A stretch of DNA of 64,000 nucleotides from Anaerolineae bacterium (lineage in GTDB: Bacteria; Chloroflexota; Anaerolineae; B4-G1; SLSP01): contig DAOUGD010000250.1 in NCBI GenBank assembly GCA_034429475.1, forward strand, positions 21,527 through 85,526. The letters run 5' to 3'. Positions 1 through 10,382 of the stretch are shown here, in pieces. Under the pieces are notes generated by a model that worked only from the letters and a program-made list of their open reading frames with translations, did not search any database and was not told where the DNA came from. Every line of letters starts with the position of its first letter. The stretch's first letter is position 1. The translations under genes and the position numbers were made by a program.

Positions 1-1
1 G

Positions 2-232
2 TTGGTGCGCATGGATGTGGCGCGCTCGCTCAACCTGAGCAATCACGAGTTCGATCTCGACTTTGACTTGCCGTGCAAGTTGCTCAAGCATGGCTACTCC
101 ATTGACGAAATCGCCATCAATTATCACCCCCGTTCCGTGGCGCAGGGCAAGGGACTGGCGGGGTGGAAGGCAGTTCGCACGGGGTTGCGCGTACTGGGGA
201 TTTATCTGCGGGTGTGGATCGGCCAACGATGA
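2..232 (+). CDS. 3' fragment of a family 2 glycosyltransferase-like gene (5' end lies outside the window)
   Basis: ORF runs off the window start. The C-terminal sequence GYSIDEIAINYHPRS resembles GT2/Dpm1-like tails. Its stop overlaps the next start (ATGA). Confidence 0.45.
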   Translation: MVRMDVARSLNLSNHEFDLDFDLPCKLLKHGYSIDEIAINYHPRSVAQGKGLAGWKAVRTGLRVLGIYLRVWIGQR

Positions 233-855
233 AATACAGCCTCGTCATGTTTGATTTTGATGGCACGCTGGCGGATTCCTTCCCGTGGATGAAGAGCGTC
301 TTCAACGAGCTGGCCGATAAATATAAAGTGCGCCGGTTCACTGCGGCGGATGAAGACCTGCTGCGCGGGTACACCGTCGCCCAGATTATCCAGCATTTTG
401 ACGTGCCAATGTGGCGGATTCCTCAAGCCGTCGCGTATGTGCGCAAATTGATGACACAGGAGATTCACCACATCCGGCTGTTTGAGGGGATCCATGCGAT
501 GTTGCAGCAATTGGCGGCGCACGGGGTGACGTTGGCGGTGGTCAGCTCCAACGCCGAGGAAAACGTCCGGCAGGTGCTTGGCCCGGAGAATGCGGCCTTG
601 ATGCGCTACTACGAATGTGGCGTTACCGTGTTTGGCAAAGCGCCCAAACTGCGCAAAGTGCTGGCGAAAAGCGGCGTCTCCCCTGCTGCCGCCCTCTACG
701 TCGGTGACGAAATCCGCGACATTGAAGCCGCGCACGAAGTCCACATAGCGTCGGGGGCGGTCACATGGGGGTACAATCACGCGGAGGCGTTGCGCGCGTA
801 TGCGCCGGAAGAGATGTTTACGAATGTCGCGGAGATTGCGGAGAAGATCATTTGA
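229..855 (+). CDS. HAD-superfamily hydrolase (phosphoglycolate phosphatase-like)
   Basis: N-terminal FDFDGTL motif, which is the HAD motif I DxDGT. ATG at 229 chosen inside the longer ORF 163..855. Confidence 0.8.
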   Translation: MKYSLVMFDFDGTLADSFPWMKSVFNELADKYKVRRFTAADEDLLRGYTVAQIIQHFDVPMWRIPQAVAYVRKLMTQEIHHIRLFEGIHAMLQQLAAHGVTLAVVSSNAEENVRQVLGPENAALMRYYECGVTVFGKAPKLRKVLAKSGVSPAAALYVGDEIRDIEAAHEVHIASGAVTWGYNHAEALRAYAPEEMFTNVAEIAEKII

Positions 856-866
856 AGGAGAATGTT

Positions 867-1832
867 ATGAACATCGTTATCACCGGTTCCATAGCCTTTG
901 ATTACCTGATGTCCTTTCCGGGCAATTTCATCGAACACGTCAAACCCGACAAGATCGGCAAGTTAAGCCTGAGCTTTTTGGTGGATAGCATGACCCGGCA
1001 GTATGGCGGCTGTGCACCGAACATTGCTTTTAACCTGGCGCTGCTCGGCGAGCGGCCGGTGGTGATGGGGACGGCCGGCCAGGACTTCGGCGATTACCGC
1101 GCCTGGTTGGAAGCGCACGGCGTGGATACCTCTGGCGTCAAAATTGTGCCGGAAGTCTTCACCGCGTCGTTCTTCGTCAATACCGACCTACAGCAGAACC
1201 AGATCGCCACGTTCTACGCCGGGGCGATGGCGCACGCGCATGAGTTGTCGTTCCACGACCTGGGACGCCCCGTTGACCTCACCATCGTCTCCCCCAACGC
1301 CCCGGCGGCGATGGTGAAGTATCCGGCGGAGTGCAAGGCGCTCGGCATCCCCTACATCTACGACCCCAGCCAGCAGATCGTCCGCATGAGCGGCGATGTG
1401 CTGCGGGAAGGCGTGCAGGGCGCGGACATTCTCATCGTCAACGACTACGAGTTCGAGCTGCTCAAGGACGCCACCGGCATGAGCGAAGCCGACATCCGCG
1501 CCGCCGTGACGCGCGCCGTCATCATCACCCGCGGCGAGGCCGGCTCCACGATCTGGGCTGGCGGCGACGAGATCACCGTGCCGGTCGTTCCACCCCGGCA
1601 AGTGCTTGATCCCACCGGCGTCGGGGATGCGTACCGCGCGGGCCTCATCAAGGGACTGGCGCTCGGCCTGCCGTGGCGGCTGTGTGGACAAATCGGCGCA
1701 CTGGCGGCGACTTACGTTCTTGAAACCCCTGGCCCGCAGACGCACACCTACACGCTCGCGGAGTTTGTGACGCGGTATAAAGAAGCCTTCGGGGAAGATG
1801 AATTCACAAACAGCATCCAAAATGTTGACTAA
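867..1832 (+). CDS. PfkB-family carbohydrate/nucleoside kinase
   Basis: Ribokinase-like fold motifs: GG motif near the N-terminus and DPTGVGDAY near the C-terminus. RBS GAAGGAG sits 8 nt upstream of the ATG at 867. Confidence 0.8.
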   Translation: MNIVITGSIAFDYLMSFPGNFIEHVKPDKIGKLSLSFLVDSMTRQYGGCAPNIAFNLALLGERPVVMGTAGQDFGDYRAWLEAHGVDTSGVKIVPEVFTASFFVNTDLQQNQIATFYAGAMAHAHELSFHDLGRPVDLTIVSPNAPAAMVKYPAECKALGIPYIYDPSQQIVRMSGDVLREGVQGADILIVNDYEFELLKDATGMSEADIRAAVTRAVIITRGEAGSTIWAGGDEITVPVVPPRQVLDPTGVGDAYRAGLIKGLALGLPWRLCGQIGALAATYVLETPGPQTHTYTLAEFVTRYKEAFGEDEFTNSIQNVD

Positions 1833-2673
1833 CCTCACCGACCACATCTTTTACCTCCCCGCAGACGCGCGCACCGACCGCCCGATTCTCGCCGCGATTA
1901 TCGGGCGCGACTATGTGGCGATGCTCGACTCCGGCAACTCCCCCGCCCACGCCGACCTGTTTCTTGCGGAACTGCAAGCCATCACGCCGCGCCGCCCCGA
2001 TTGGGTGCTCCTGACGCACTGGCATTGGGATCATACCTTCGGGCTGGCGCATCTGCGGATTCCGGCCATCGGGCAGAAAAATCTCGCTGTGAATCTGGCC
2101 TGCCTGCAAGGTCTGGCCTGGGATGACGCAGCCCTTGCGTCGCGTGTGGCGTCGGGCGCCGAAACATCCTTTTGCGCCGAGAACATCTGCAAGGAATACG
2201 ACGCGGCGCGCGACATCCACGTTGCCTTGCCCACGATTACGTTTGAAGAAACGCTCTCCCTCAATCTGGGCGGCGTGACCTGTGAGCTGCGCCGCATCCC
2301 CACCGACCACACCGACGACAGTATCGCCGTCTATGTGCCGGAAGACGGTGTGTTGTTCCTCGGCGACGCACTGGGGCCGGCTATCTACGCGCCCACGCCG
2401 TATTACTCGGCGGACAGGATGGCGCAACTGCTGGCATTTATCGAGAGTTTTCCCGTCCAATGGCTCGTGGAATCGCACAGTACGCCGGTAGATGCGGCGG
2501 GATTCCGCGCCGATAACGAAATCCTGTTCCTCGTTGCGGCCTTGGTCCGCGAAGGCTGCACTGACGCGGATGCACTTCTGCGTGAGGTCAACCGTCGTTC
2601 CATTCACCCTGTCCCAGACGATGCCGCCGACGTGATCGCGCTCTTTCTCAAGGCCCCGCCGCGCGCCGTATGA
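1822..2673 (+). CDS. MBL-fold metallo-hydrolase
   Basis: THWHWDH matches the HxHxDH zinc motif. The start could instead be 1798; both overlap the pfkB-family gene. Confidence 0.7.
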   Translation: MLTNLTDHIFYLPADARTDRPILAAIIGRDYVAMLDSGNSPAHADLFLAELQAITPRRPDWVLLTHWHWDHTFGLAHLRIPAIGQKNLAVNLACLQGLAWDDAALASRVASGAETSFCAENICKEYDAARDIHVALPTITFEETLSLNLGGVTCELRRIPTDHTDDSIAVYVPEDGVLFLGDALGPAIYAPTPYYSADRMAQLLAFIESFPVQWLVESHSTPVDAAGFRADNEILFLVAALVREGCTDADALLREVNRRSIHPVPDDAADVIALFLKAPPRAV

Positions 2674-3329
2674 TCCTCGTTTTCATCGGCATGTCGGGGG
2701 TGGGGAAAACGCTGTGGTCAACCCGCCTGACGAGGCGAGGCTTTACCCACGTAGATTGCGATGCGCTGATTGCCGCGCGCCTGCGCGCTCAGTACGCCAT
2801 CCAGGTCGTCACCATGCGCAGCATGGGCGCGTGGCTGGGCCTCCCCGATACGCCCACCTTTGTCGAGCGCGAAGCTCTGTTCCTGCGCGTTGAGGCTGAA
2901 ATTCTGCAAGACGTTTTACACCGCCTCCGTGCAACCGGCCCAGAAGCGGACATTGTGGTGGACCCCGGCGGCAGCGCCATCTATGCCGGCCCCGCGCTCT
3001 GGACGCCGCTGCGTGAGATTGCCACTATTGTCTACCTTGCCGTAACCGAAGCCGATCATGCCCGTATGTTGGCGACATACCTGGCCCATCCGCGCCCGGT
3101 CGTCTGGAACGGCCTCTTTCAACCACACCCGGATGAAGATCGCGCGGCCACCTTTGCCCGTTGCTACACGCAACTCATCTGCACCCGCGAGGCGCTTTAC
3201 GAAACCTGGTGCGACCTCAAACTGCTCCCCGGCGATTATCGCCGCACGGGTCTCACATCGGCCACTTTTTTACGGATGCTGCAAGAGCGTGTTAGTAGGA
3301 TAACTGATTCAGGGTATAATCAGGGCTAA
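2670..3329 (+). CDS. P-loop NTPase, shikimate kinase-like
   Basis: Walker A GMSGVGKT at the N-terminus. ATGA start/stop overlap with the upstream gene. Confidence 0.55.
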   Translation: MILVFIGMSGVGKTLWSTRLTRRGFTHVDCDALIAARLRAQYAIQVVTMRSMGAWLGLPDTPTFVEREALFLRVEAEILQDVLHRLRATGPEADIVVDPGGSAIYAGPALWTPLREIATIVYLAVTEADHARMLATYLAHPRPVVWNGLFQPHPDEDRAATFARCYTQLICTREALYETWCDLKLLPGDYRRTGLTSATFLRMLQERVSRITDSGYNQG

Positions 3330-3340
3330 AAGAGGCGATT

Positions 3341-3590
3341 ATGGCGATTCAGTTTATTTTAAGCGACTATGTAGCGGAAGCTCTTGCGTTGGCCACTTAC
3401 GATAAATTAGAAGATGACACTTACGCAGGTAAGATTCCTGAATGTGTAGGAGTCGTGGCTTTCGGGGCGACTTTACGTGAATGTGAAAACAACCTGCGCT
3501 CAACACTGGAGGATTGGATTTGGTTGGGGTTAAAATTATCCCATCCGTTGCCCATCATTGCTGACATCAATTTAAATCGAGAGCCAGTCT

Positions 3591-3613
<23 letters not shown>
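3341..3613 (+). CDS. hicB: HicB-family antitoxin (UPF0150)
   Basis: Small protein with a HicB-like fold signature and about 45% GC, below the genome average. It overlaps the downstream hicA-like gene. Confidence 0.65.
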
Positions 3614-5115
<1,502 letters not shown>

Positions 5116-5137
5116 GTCGTTCCGCAAAATCCAATTG

Positions 5138-5180
5138 TGTACTGCGTATTGCTTCCCCCGGCAATACGCAGTACTTTTTT
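5138..5180 (+). terminator. rho-independent terminator after ahcY
   Basis: Perfect 14-bp stem gtactgcgtattgc/gcaatacgcagtac with loop ttcccccg, followed by TTTTTT. Confidence 0.8.
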
Positions 5181-5429
5181 AAAGACCCTTCAGTTTTGCG
5201 GGGCATTTTCTTTTCGCGCAAACTTTGGTAAAATAGATGAAATTGAATACTATCAATACTCCGCGTTGCGGAGACAACGATTGTAAGCAGTTTTCACGTG
5301 GGATGATGGAATCAACCACGTTGTGGGAGTCCCGGCAGGGTCTCCCTTATGCATAAGCCATAGTCAGATGGAATTACATCCAAATGCAGAACAATGGGTG
5401 ATAATGAGATAGTGGAATTTTGACCGAAG

Positions 5430-5466
5430 CGGCTATGGCTTATGCGACCATAGCCGTTTTTGTTTG
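5430..5466 (+). terminator. intrinsic terminator/attenuator immediately upstream of the recX RBS
   Basis: Stem cggctatgg/ccatagccg followed by TTTTTGTTTG. The 5' arm can alternatively pair with cataagccatag at 5352..5363. Confidence 0.6.
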
Positions 5467-5477
5467 AGAAAGGGACA

Positions 5478-6122
5478 ATGGCAGGAACAATTACTGCCCT
5501 GGAAGCGCAGAAACATTCAACAGAACGAGTCAACGTGTACCTTGAAGGCGAGTTCGCTTTTGGTCTGGCCGTGATTCACGCGGTCAACCTCCGACCGGGG
5601 ATGTGGTTATCCGATGAAGACATTGCCGCGCTGCGCACCGCCGACGAAGTGGAGCGCGCGCGGGAAAGAGCATTGGATTATCTATCCTATCGCCCCCGCA
5701 GTGTGGCCGAGGTACAACGCTACTTACTGGAACGTGATTTTTCTGCGTCGGCAGTAGAGGATGTGTTGCAGGGATTGCAGCGTGTGGGGCTGGTGGATGA
5801 TGTCATCTTCGCCCAATACTGGCGAGACAACCGGGAACAGTTTCGTCCCCGGGGGAAACCGGCCCTGGTACAAGAATTACAGCAAAAGGGCGTGCAATCG
5901 GCCGATATCCAGGCAGCTCTGACAGATTACGACGAAGTGACCGCAGCCCGGCGTGTGGCTGAAGAGCAGGGTCGGCGTTTGAAACATCTTCCCCCGGAGG
6001 TGTTCAAGCGGCGACTGATTCAGCGTATGGCGCGGCGCGGTTTCGCGTATGACCTCATCCAGGAAGTCTTAGCCACTGTTCCCTTTCTCCAGTCTAACTC
6101 TGAAGAAAGCGAGGAACTTTGA
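5478..6122 (+). CDS. recX: regulatory protein RecX
   Basis: RecX three-helix repeat family similarity throughout. RBS GAAAGGGA precedes the ATG at 5478. Confidence 0.85.
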   Translation: MAGTITALEAQKHSTERVNVYLEGEFAFGLAVIHAVNLRPGMWLSDEDIAALRTADEVERARERALDYLSYRPRSVAEVQRYLLERDFSASAVEDVLQGLQRVGLVDDVIFAQYWRDNREQFRPRGKPALVQELQQKGVQSADIQAALTDYDEVTAARRVAEEQGRRLKHLPPEVFKRRLIQRMARRGFAYDLIQEVLATVPFLQSNSEESEEL

Positions 6123-6123
6123 C

Positions 6124-7653
6124 ATGGAATGGATACTCTATATCGTGTGTTTGATCGTCGGATTGGCTGCGGGTGGCTTTGCCGGGTATCGGCTGCGGCA
6201 ACAGCACTACCAGCAGGAAATGGGCAACCTGGAAGGTATGCGCACCCGGTTGCTCGAAGAGGCAGAGAAACAGGCGCGGGATACCGTGCTCAACGGCAAG
6301 GACGAAGCGCTCAAGATGCGGCGCGAGGCCGAAGCTGAGCTGGCGCAACGCACCCAACAGTTTCGCCGTGAAGAAGAACGGCTACAAAGCCGCCGCGAGC
6401 AGTTAGACGCGCGTCAGGAAAAAATTGACCGCCGGGAGCAAGTGCAGAACAAGCGGCAGAGCACCATGGATAAGCGATGGGGCGAATTGGAGAAGCTGGA
6501 AAGCCAGCACCGGGAAGAACTGGAGCGGGTGGCGAGCCTCAGCACGGAAGAAGCCCGCGCGATCCTGTTGGAACAAGTCGCCGGCGAAACGCGCCAGGAT
6601 ATGGCGCGCGTCATCCGCGAAGAAGAAATGCTCGCCAAGGAAGAGGCCGACCGCCGCGCGCGCCACATTATCACCACCGCCATTCAACGGCTGGCTTCCG
6701 AGCAGGTGGCCGAGCTGACCACCACCACGCTGGAAATCCCTTCCGACGAACTCAAAGGGCGGATCATCGGGCGCGGCGGGCGCAACATCAAGCTCTTCGA
6801 GCAGAAAGCGGAAGTGGACGTGATCGTGGACGACACGCCGGAGATGATCACCATCTCCTCCTTCAACCCCATCCGCCGCGAGACCGCCGCGCGCGCGATG
6901 CACCGGCTGGTGGCCGATGGGCGTATCCACCCGGCGCGCATCGAGAAGCTGCTGGAAAAGGCGCGCAAAGAAGTGGAAGACATCATGAAGGAGAAGGCCG
7001 AGGCCGCCGTCTACGAAGCGGAAGTCCCGACCCTGCACCCCGAATTGATGAAGTTGTTGGGGCGTTTGTACTTCCGCACCAGCTACGGCCAGAACCAACT
7101 GGGGCACGCGGTAGAAGTCGCCAAGCTGGCGAGCCTGTTGGCCTCCGAATTGGGTGCCAACGCCGAAATCGCCCGCCTGGGCGGGCTGCTGCACGACATC
7201 GGCAAGGCGGTGGACTTTGAGGTGGAAGGCACGCACGCCACCCTGGGCGCGGAGTTGGCCCGGCGGTATGGGGTGTCGGACGCCGTCGTCAACTGCATCG
7301 AGTCGCACCACCACGAGGCCGAGGCGCAGACGATGGAAGCCGTCATCGTGGAAGCCGCCGACGCCATCTCCGGCGCGCGGCCCGGCGCGCGGCGCGAGAG
7401 CCTGGAGCATTACATCAAGCGCATCCGCACGTTGGAAGACGTGGCGCGCTCCTTCAAGGGCGTCGAGGAATCCTACGCCATCCAGGCCGGGCGCGAAATT
7501 CGCCTGATCGTCCGCCCCGGCGAGGTGGACGACCTGGACGCGGTGCGGCTCTCCCGCGACGTAGCGCGCAAGATTGAGGAATCCATGGAATATCCCGGCC
7601 AGATCAAAGTGACCGTGATCCGCGAAACACGCGCCGTGGAATACGCCAAATAA
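6124..7653 (+). CDS. rny: ribonuclease Y
   Basis: N-terminal TM helix, a coiled coil, KH domain (GRIIGRGGRNIK) and HD domain (LLHDIGK). 2-nt gap after recX. Confidence 0.95.
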   Translation: MEWILYIVCLIVGLAAGGFAGYRLRQQHYQQEMGNLEGMRTRLLEEAEKQARDTVLNGKDEALKMRREAEAELAQRTQQFRREEERLQSRREQLDARQEKIDRREQVQNKRQSTMDKRWGELEKLESQHREELERVASLSTEEARAILLEQVAGETRQDMARVIREEEMLAKEEADRRARHIITTAIQRLASEQVAELTTTTLEIPSDELKGRIIGRGGRNIKLFEQKAEVDVIVDDTPEMITISSFNPIRRETAARAMHRLVADGRIHPARIEKLLEKARKEVEDIMKEKAEAAVYEAEVPTLHPELMKLLGRLYFRTSYGQNQLGHAVEVAKLASLLASELGANAEIARLGGLLHDIGKAVDFEVEGTHATLGAELARRYGVSDAVVNCIESHHHEAEAQTMEAVIVEAADAISGARPGARRESLEHYIKRIRTLEDVARSFKGVEESYAIQAGREIRLIVRPGEVDDLDAVRLSRDVARKIEESMEYPGQIKVTVIRETRAVEYAK

Positions 7654-7667
7654 CGAAAGAAGCCCCA

Positions 7668-7708
7668 ACCAAAAACCGGGATTTTTCAAAATCCCGGTTT
7701 TTTATTTT
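7668..7708. terminator. bidirectional terminator between convergent rny and the GNAT gene
   Basis: Stem aaaaccgggattt/aatcccggtttt followed by T-run TTTTTATTTTT. The stop codon of the minus-strand GNAT gene lies within the T-run. Confidence 0.8.
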
Positions 7709-8634
7709 TCAATTTCACGCCGCCATATCTCAAGCGATGTCTGGTAGCTCAACGCGAACGTCTTTTGCAAGTCGGGCAGGGCGTTATCAGGCAGCAGCAA
7801 GTCCACCGCGATGAAGCCGGCTGGCGCCGCCAGCGCCGCCAGCGCCGCCACAGCGGGCGTCAACGGCGCGGCGGGCGGTAGCCAGGCGTAGCCGTCGGCC
7901 TGCTGCGGATCGCGCAGTTGCTCGCGCAAGCCCAGCGCCACGGGGACACCGTTGAGCGCGCCTTGCCAGACCCAGCGGCGCAGATCGCTCCAACCGGGCA
8001 GCGCGAGTGTGGGCCAAAGCGGCTCCCAATCCAGCGCGCTGCATTGATAGCGCCCCACGCGCAACGCCAGCGCCGCCGGCGGTCCGAGGTTCTCCATAAG
8101 CCGCGACAGGCCGGGCGGCGGCGTCCCACCGGCGGCGAGCTGCATCTCTGAGGCCGCGAGCCACGGCACGAACTGTGTGCGCCGGTAGAAAGCGCGTGCT
8201 TCCGACTCCGGCTGCGTAGTCAGCGCGGGGAGGCCCTGTTGGCGAGCTAATTCCAGGCCGGCGTCCAGCAGGGCGCGGCCCACGCCCTGCTGCTGCCAAT
8301 CCCGGTGAACGTAGAGCACGGAAAGGTGCAGCGCGGGACCGAACGGCAGCGGCTCAACGTTAATGTGATATTCCGCCTCGCCGACAATGCGACCGTCCAC
8401 TTCCGCTACCAGCGGCGCAGGGCCGGCGCGCAGCAGCGCGTTCAGGTGGATGGCGCACAGTTCGACGCTCATCCACGGGCCGCCGCTGTACCAGCGGCCA
8501 AAGAGGTCGAGCGCGGCGTAGGGAACGGCCTGGCGCGTGTGCGGATCGCGCCACTCGTCCACGGTGCTGCAATGCACCGCAGTGATGGCGGCTGCGTCGT
8601 CCAGGCGAGCCGGGCGGACGTTAATCTTCGGCAT
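7702..8634 (-). CDS. GNAT-family N-acetyltransferase with a C-terminal extension of unknown function
   Basis: GNAT motif A QQQGVGRALL in the N-terminal half. ATG at 8632..8634 overlaps ubiX by 14 nt. Confidence 0.7.
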   Translation of the reverse strand: MPKINVRPARLDDAAAITAVHCSTVDEWRDPHTRQAVPYAALDLFGRWYSGGPWMSVELCAIHLNALLRAGPAPLVAEVDGRIVGEAEYHINVEPLPFGPALHLSVLYVHRDWQQQGVGRALLDAGLELARQQGLPALTTQPESEARAFYRRTQFVPWLAASEMQLAAGGTPPPGLSRLMENLGPPAALALRVGRYQCSALDWEPLWPTLALPGWSDLRRWVWQGALNGVPVALGLREQLRDPQQADGYAWLPPAAPLTPAVAALAALAAPAGFIAVDLLLPDNALPDLQKTFALSYQTSLEIWRREIEK

Positions 8635-9238
8635 CCGGCCCCTCCCAGGGATGATAGAGCGCGTTGTCCAACCCCAGGCGCAGCAGCATCCGCCCCACGC
8701 TGTGCTGCACGATGTCCTCCACCGTCTGAGGATGATCGTAGAACGAGGGCGCCGGGGGAAAGATAATTGCGCCGATTTCCGCCGCCTGCGCCATCAGCCG
8801 CAGGTGGCCCAGGTGGAGCGGCGTCTCGCGCACCATCAGGATCAGCGGGCGGCCTTCCTTGAGGGTCACGTCGGCGGTGCGAATGAGCAGATTATCGTTG
8901 TGGCTGTGAGCGATGGCGGTCAGCGTGCGGATGGAGCAGGGCGCGACGAGCATACCGTCGGTGCGGAAGGAACCGCTGGCAATCGGCGCGGCCCAGTCGT
9001 CGAGGGCGTAGGTGCGCGTCGCCAGCGCCGTCACCGCTGATGGGGTGAGTCCCAATTCCTGGGACAACGTCACGGCAGCAGGCGCGGTCAGCACCAGGTG
9101 CGTCTCGACGCCCAGGACACGCAGCGCTTCCAGCGCGCGCACGCCATAAATCGCGCCACTGGCTCCGGTGATACCTACCACCAGGCGCGAAGGCGCAGTA
9201 TAAGAGGCGACTTGTTGTGAGGTCATTGTGACATTCAT
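8621..9238 (-). CDS. ubiX: UbiX-family flavin prenyltransferase
   Basis: RLVVGITGASGAIYG flavoprotein motif. The longer ORF to 9265 would start on TTG; the ATG at 9238 is preferred. Confidence 0.8.
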   Translation of the reverse strand: MNVTMTSQQVASYTAPSRLVVGITGASGAIYGVRALEALRVLGVETHLVLTAPAAVTLSQELGLTPSAVTALATRTYALDDWAAPIASGSFRTDGMLVAPCSIRTLTAIAHSHNDNLLIRTADVTLKEGRPLILMVRETPLHLGHLRLMAQAAEIGAIIFPPAPSFYDHPQTVEDIVQHSVGRMLLRLGLDNALYHPWEGPDAED

Positions 9239-9329
9239 TATAACGGCGTGTGAGGCAACTGCCAAACCGGGTGACGTTTGGTTTTCCGGTGGAAGGTGCT
9301 ATACTTTTCCAGTTCATTAGGAATCAGAA

Positions 9330-9407
9330 ATAAGAAATGGGAAATAAGTAATGAGTAATCAGAGTGATTATTCATTACTCGTTACTCATTACTCGTTACT
9401 CATTTCC
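9330..9407. repeat. heptamer-unit palindromic repeat array (units ACTCRTT / AATGAGT)
   Basis: taagtaatgagtaatcagagtgattattcattactcgttactcattactcgttactcatt: four tandem ACTCRTT heptamers preceded by their reverse complements. Confidence 0.7.
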
Positions 9408-9441
9408 GGTTTCCGATCATCACCTACTGGGGGCAAGAATT

Positions 9442-10290
9442 ATGGGAAAACGTGGGTTAGGACGTGGGTTGGATGTGTTGATTCCGGCCGGGGAGACGCC
9501 GGCAAATGGCCTGCTAGAGGTTGCCTTAGATGCGATTGTCCCCAATCCACACCAGCCACGGATGCCGTTCCGCGATCAGGATTTGGTCGAGCTGGCCGCT
9601 TCGATTCAGGAGCACGGCATTATCGAGCCGCTGATTGTGGTGCGGACGCCGCAGGGCTACCAACTGATCGCCGGCGAGCGGCGCTGGCGAGCGTCCCGAT
9701 TGGCCGGGTTGAAGGTCGTGCCGGTGGTGGTGAAGGATGTGGCCCCCCAGCAAATGTTGGAACTGGCCCTGGTGGAAAACGTCCAGCGCGCCGATCTGAA
9801 TCCGCTGGAAGAGGCGCTGGCCTATAAGCAGCTTGTGGAAGAATTTGGGGTGACGCAGACAGACGTGGCGCGCCGGGTGGGGAAAAGCCGCGTCGCCGTC
9901 ACCAACACGATGCGGCTGTTGCAGGCCACGGAGGCGGTGCAGCAGGCGGTGCTGGAGGGCAAGATCAGCGAGGGACACGCGCGCGCGCTCCTGGGGCTGA
10001 CGTCGCCGGAAGAGCAAAATCTCACGCTGACGATGGTGGTGGAGCACGGGTTGACCGTCCGCCAGACGGAGGCGTTGGTGCGCAAAGTGCTGGCCGGGGA
10101 AGTCAAGCCGGCGGCCAAACCCGCCGCGCCCCTGCCCGAAGTGCGCGCACTGGAAGAACGCTTCCAGGAATCGCTGGGCACACGGGTCAACCTGAAGGCC
10201 GGGCGCAAGGGGGGGCGCGTCATCATCTATTATTACTCCGACGAAGAATTTCAGTCGCTTTACCAACGGCTGACGGGGGAGACGTTGTAA
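9442..10290 (+). CDS. parB: ParB/Spo0J-family partition protein; no parA is adjacent
   Basis: ParB box II GERRWRA and an HTH. ATG at 9442 chosen within the longer ORF. Confidence 0.9.
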   Translation: MGKRGLGRGLDVLIPAGETPANGLLEVALDAIVPNPHQPRMPFRDQDLVELAASIQEHGIIEPLIVVRTPQGYQLIAGERRWRASRLAGLKVVPVVVKDVAPQQMLELALVENVQRADLNPLEEALAYKQLVEEFGVTQTDVARRVGKSRVAVTNTMRLLQATEAVQQAVLEGKISEGHARALLGLTSPEEQNLTLTMVVEHGLTVRQTEALVRKVLAGEVKPAAKPAAPLPEVRALEERFQESLGTRVNLKAGRKGGRVIIYYYSDEEFQSLYQRLTGETL

Positions 10291-10296
10291 ACAATT

Positions 10297-10358
10297 TCTC
10301 AACGGATTAAACGGATTCTAACGGATTAGCTTCCGTTGAATCCGTTCAATCCGTTGAG
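10297..10358. repeat. family-A hairpin repeat element (AACGGATT units)
   Basis: Inverted repeat tctcaacggattaaacggattctaacggatt / aatccgttgaatccgttcaatccgttgag. Confidence 0.85.
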
Positions 10359-10382
10359 GTTATTTTAGGAAGGAGATGAGCT

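Noticed and set aside
5312-5533. 73-aa minus-strand ORF across the recX leader
   Set aside because: It overlaps the recX start and the terminator hairpin and lacks an RBS. The region is better explained as a structured RNA leader.
6403-7689. 428-aa ORF antisense to rny, and similar long antisense ORFs at 14550..16238, 36348..37721, 37881..40430, 51795..54848, 30830..31429 and 32059..33153
   Set aside because: All lie opposite well-supported genes and translate to repetitive Arg/Gly/Ala/Pro-rich sequence. They are artefacts of GC-rich codon position 3.
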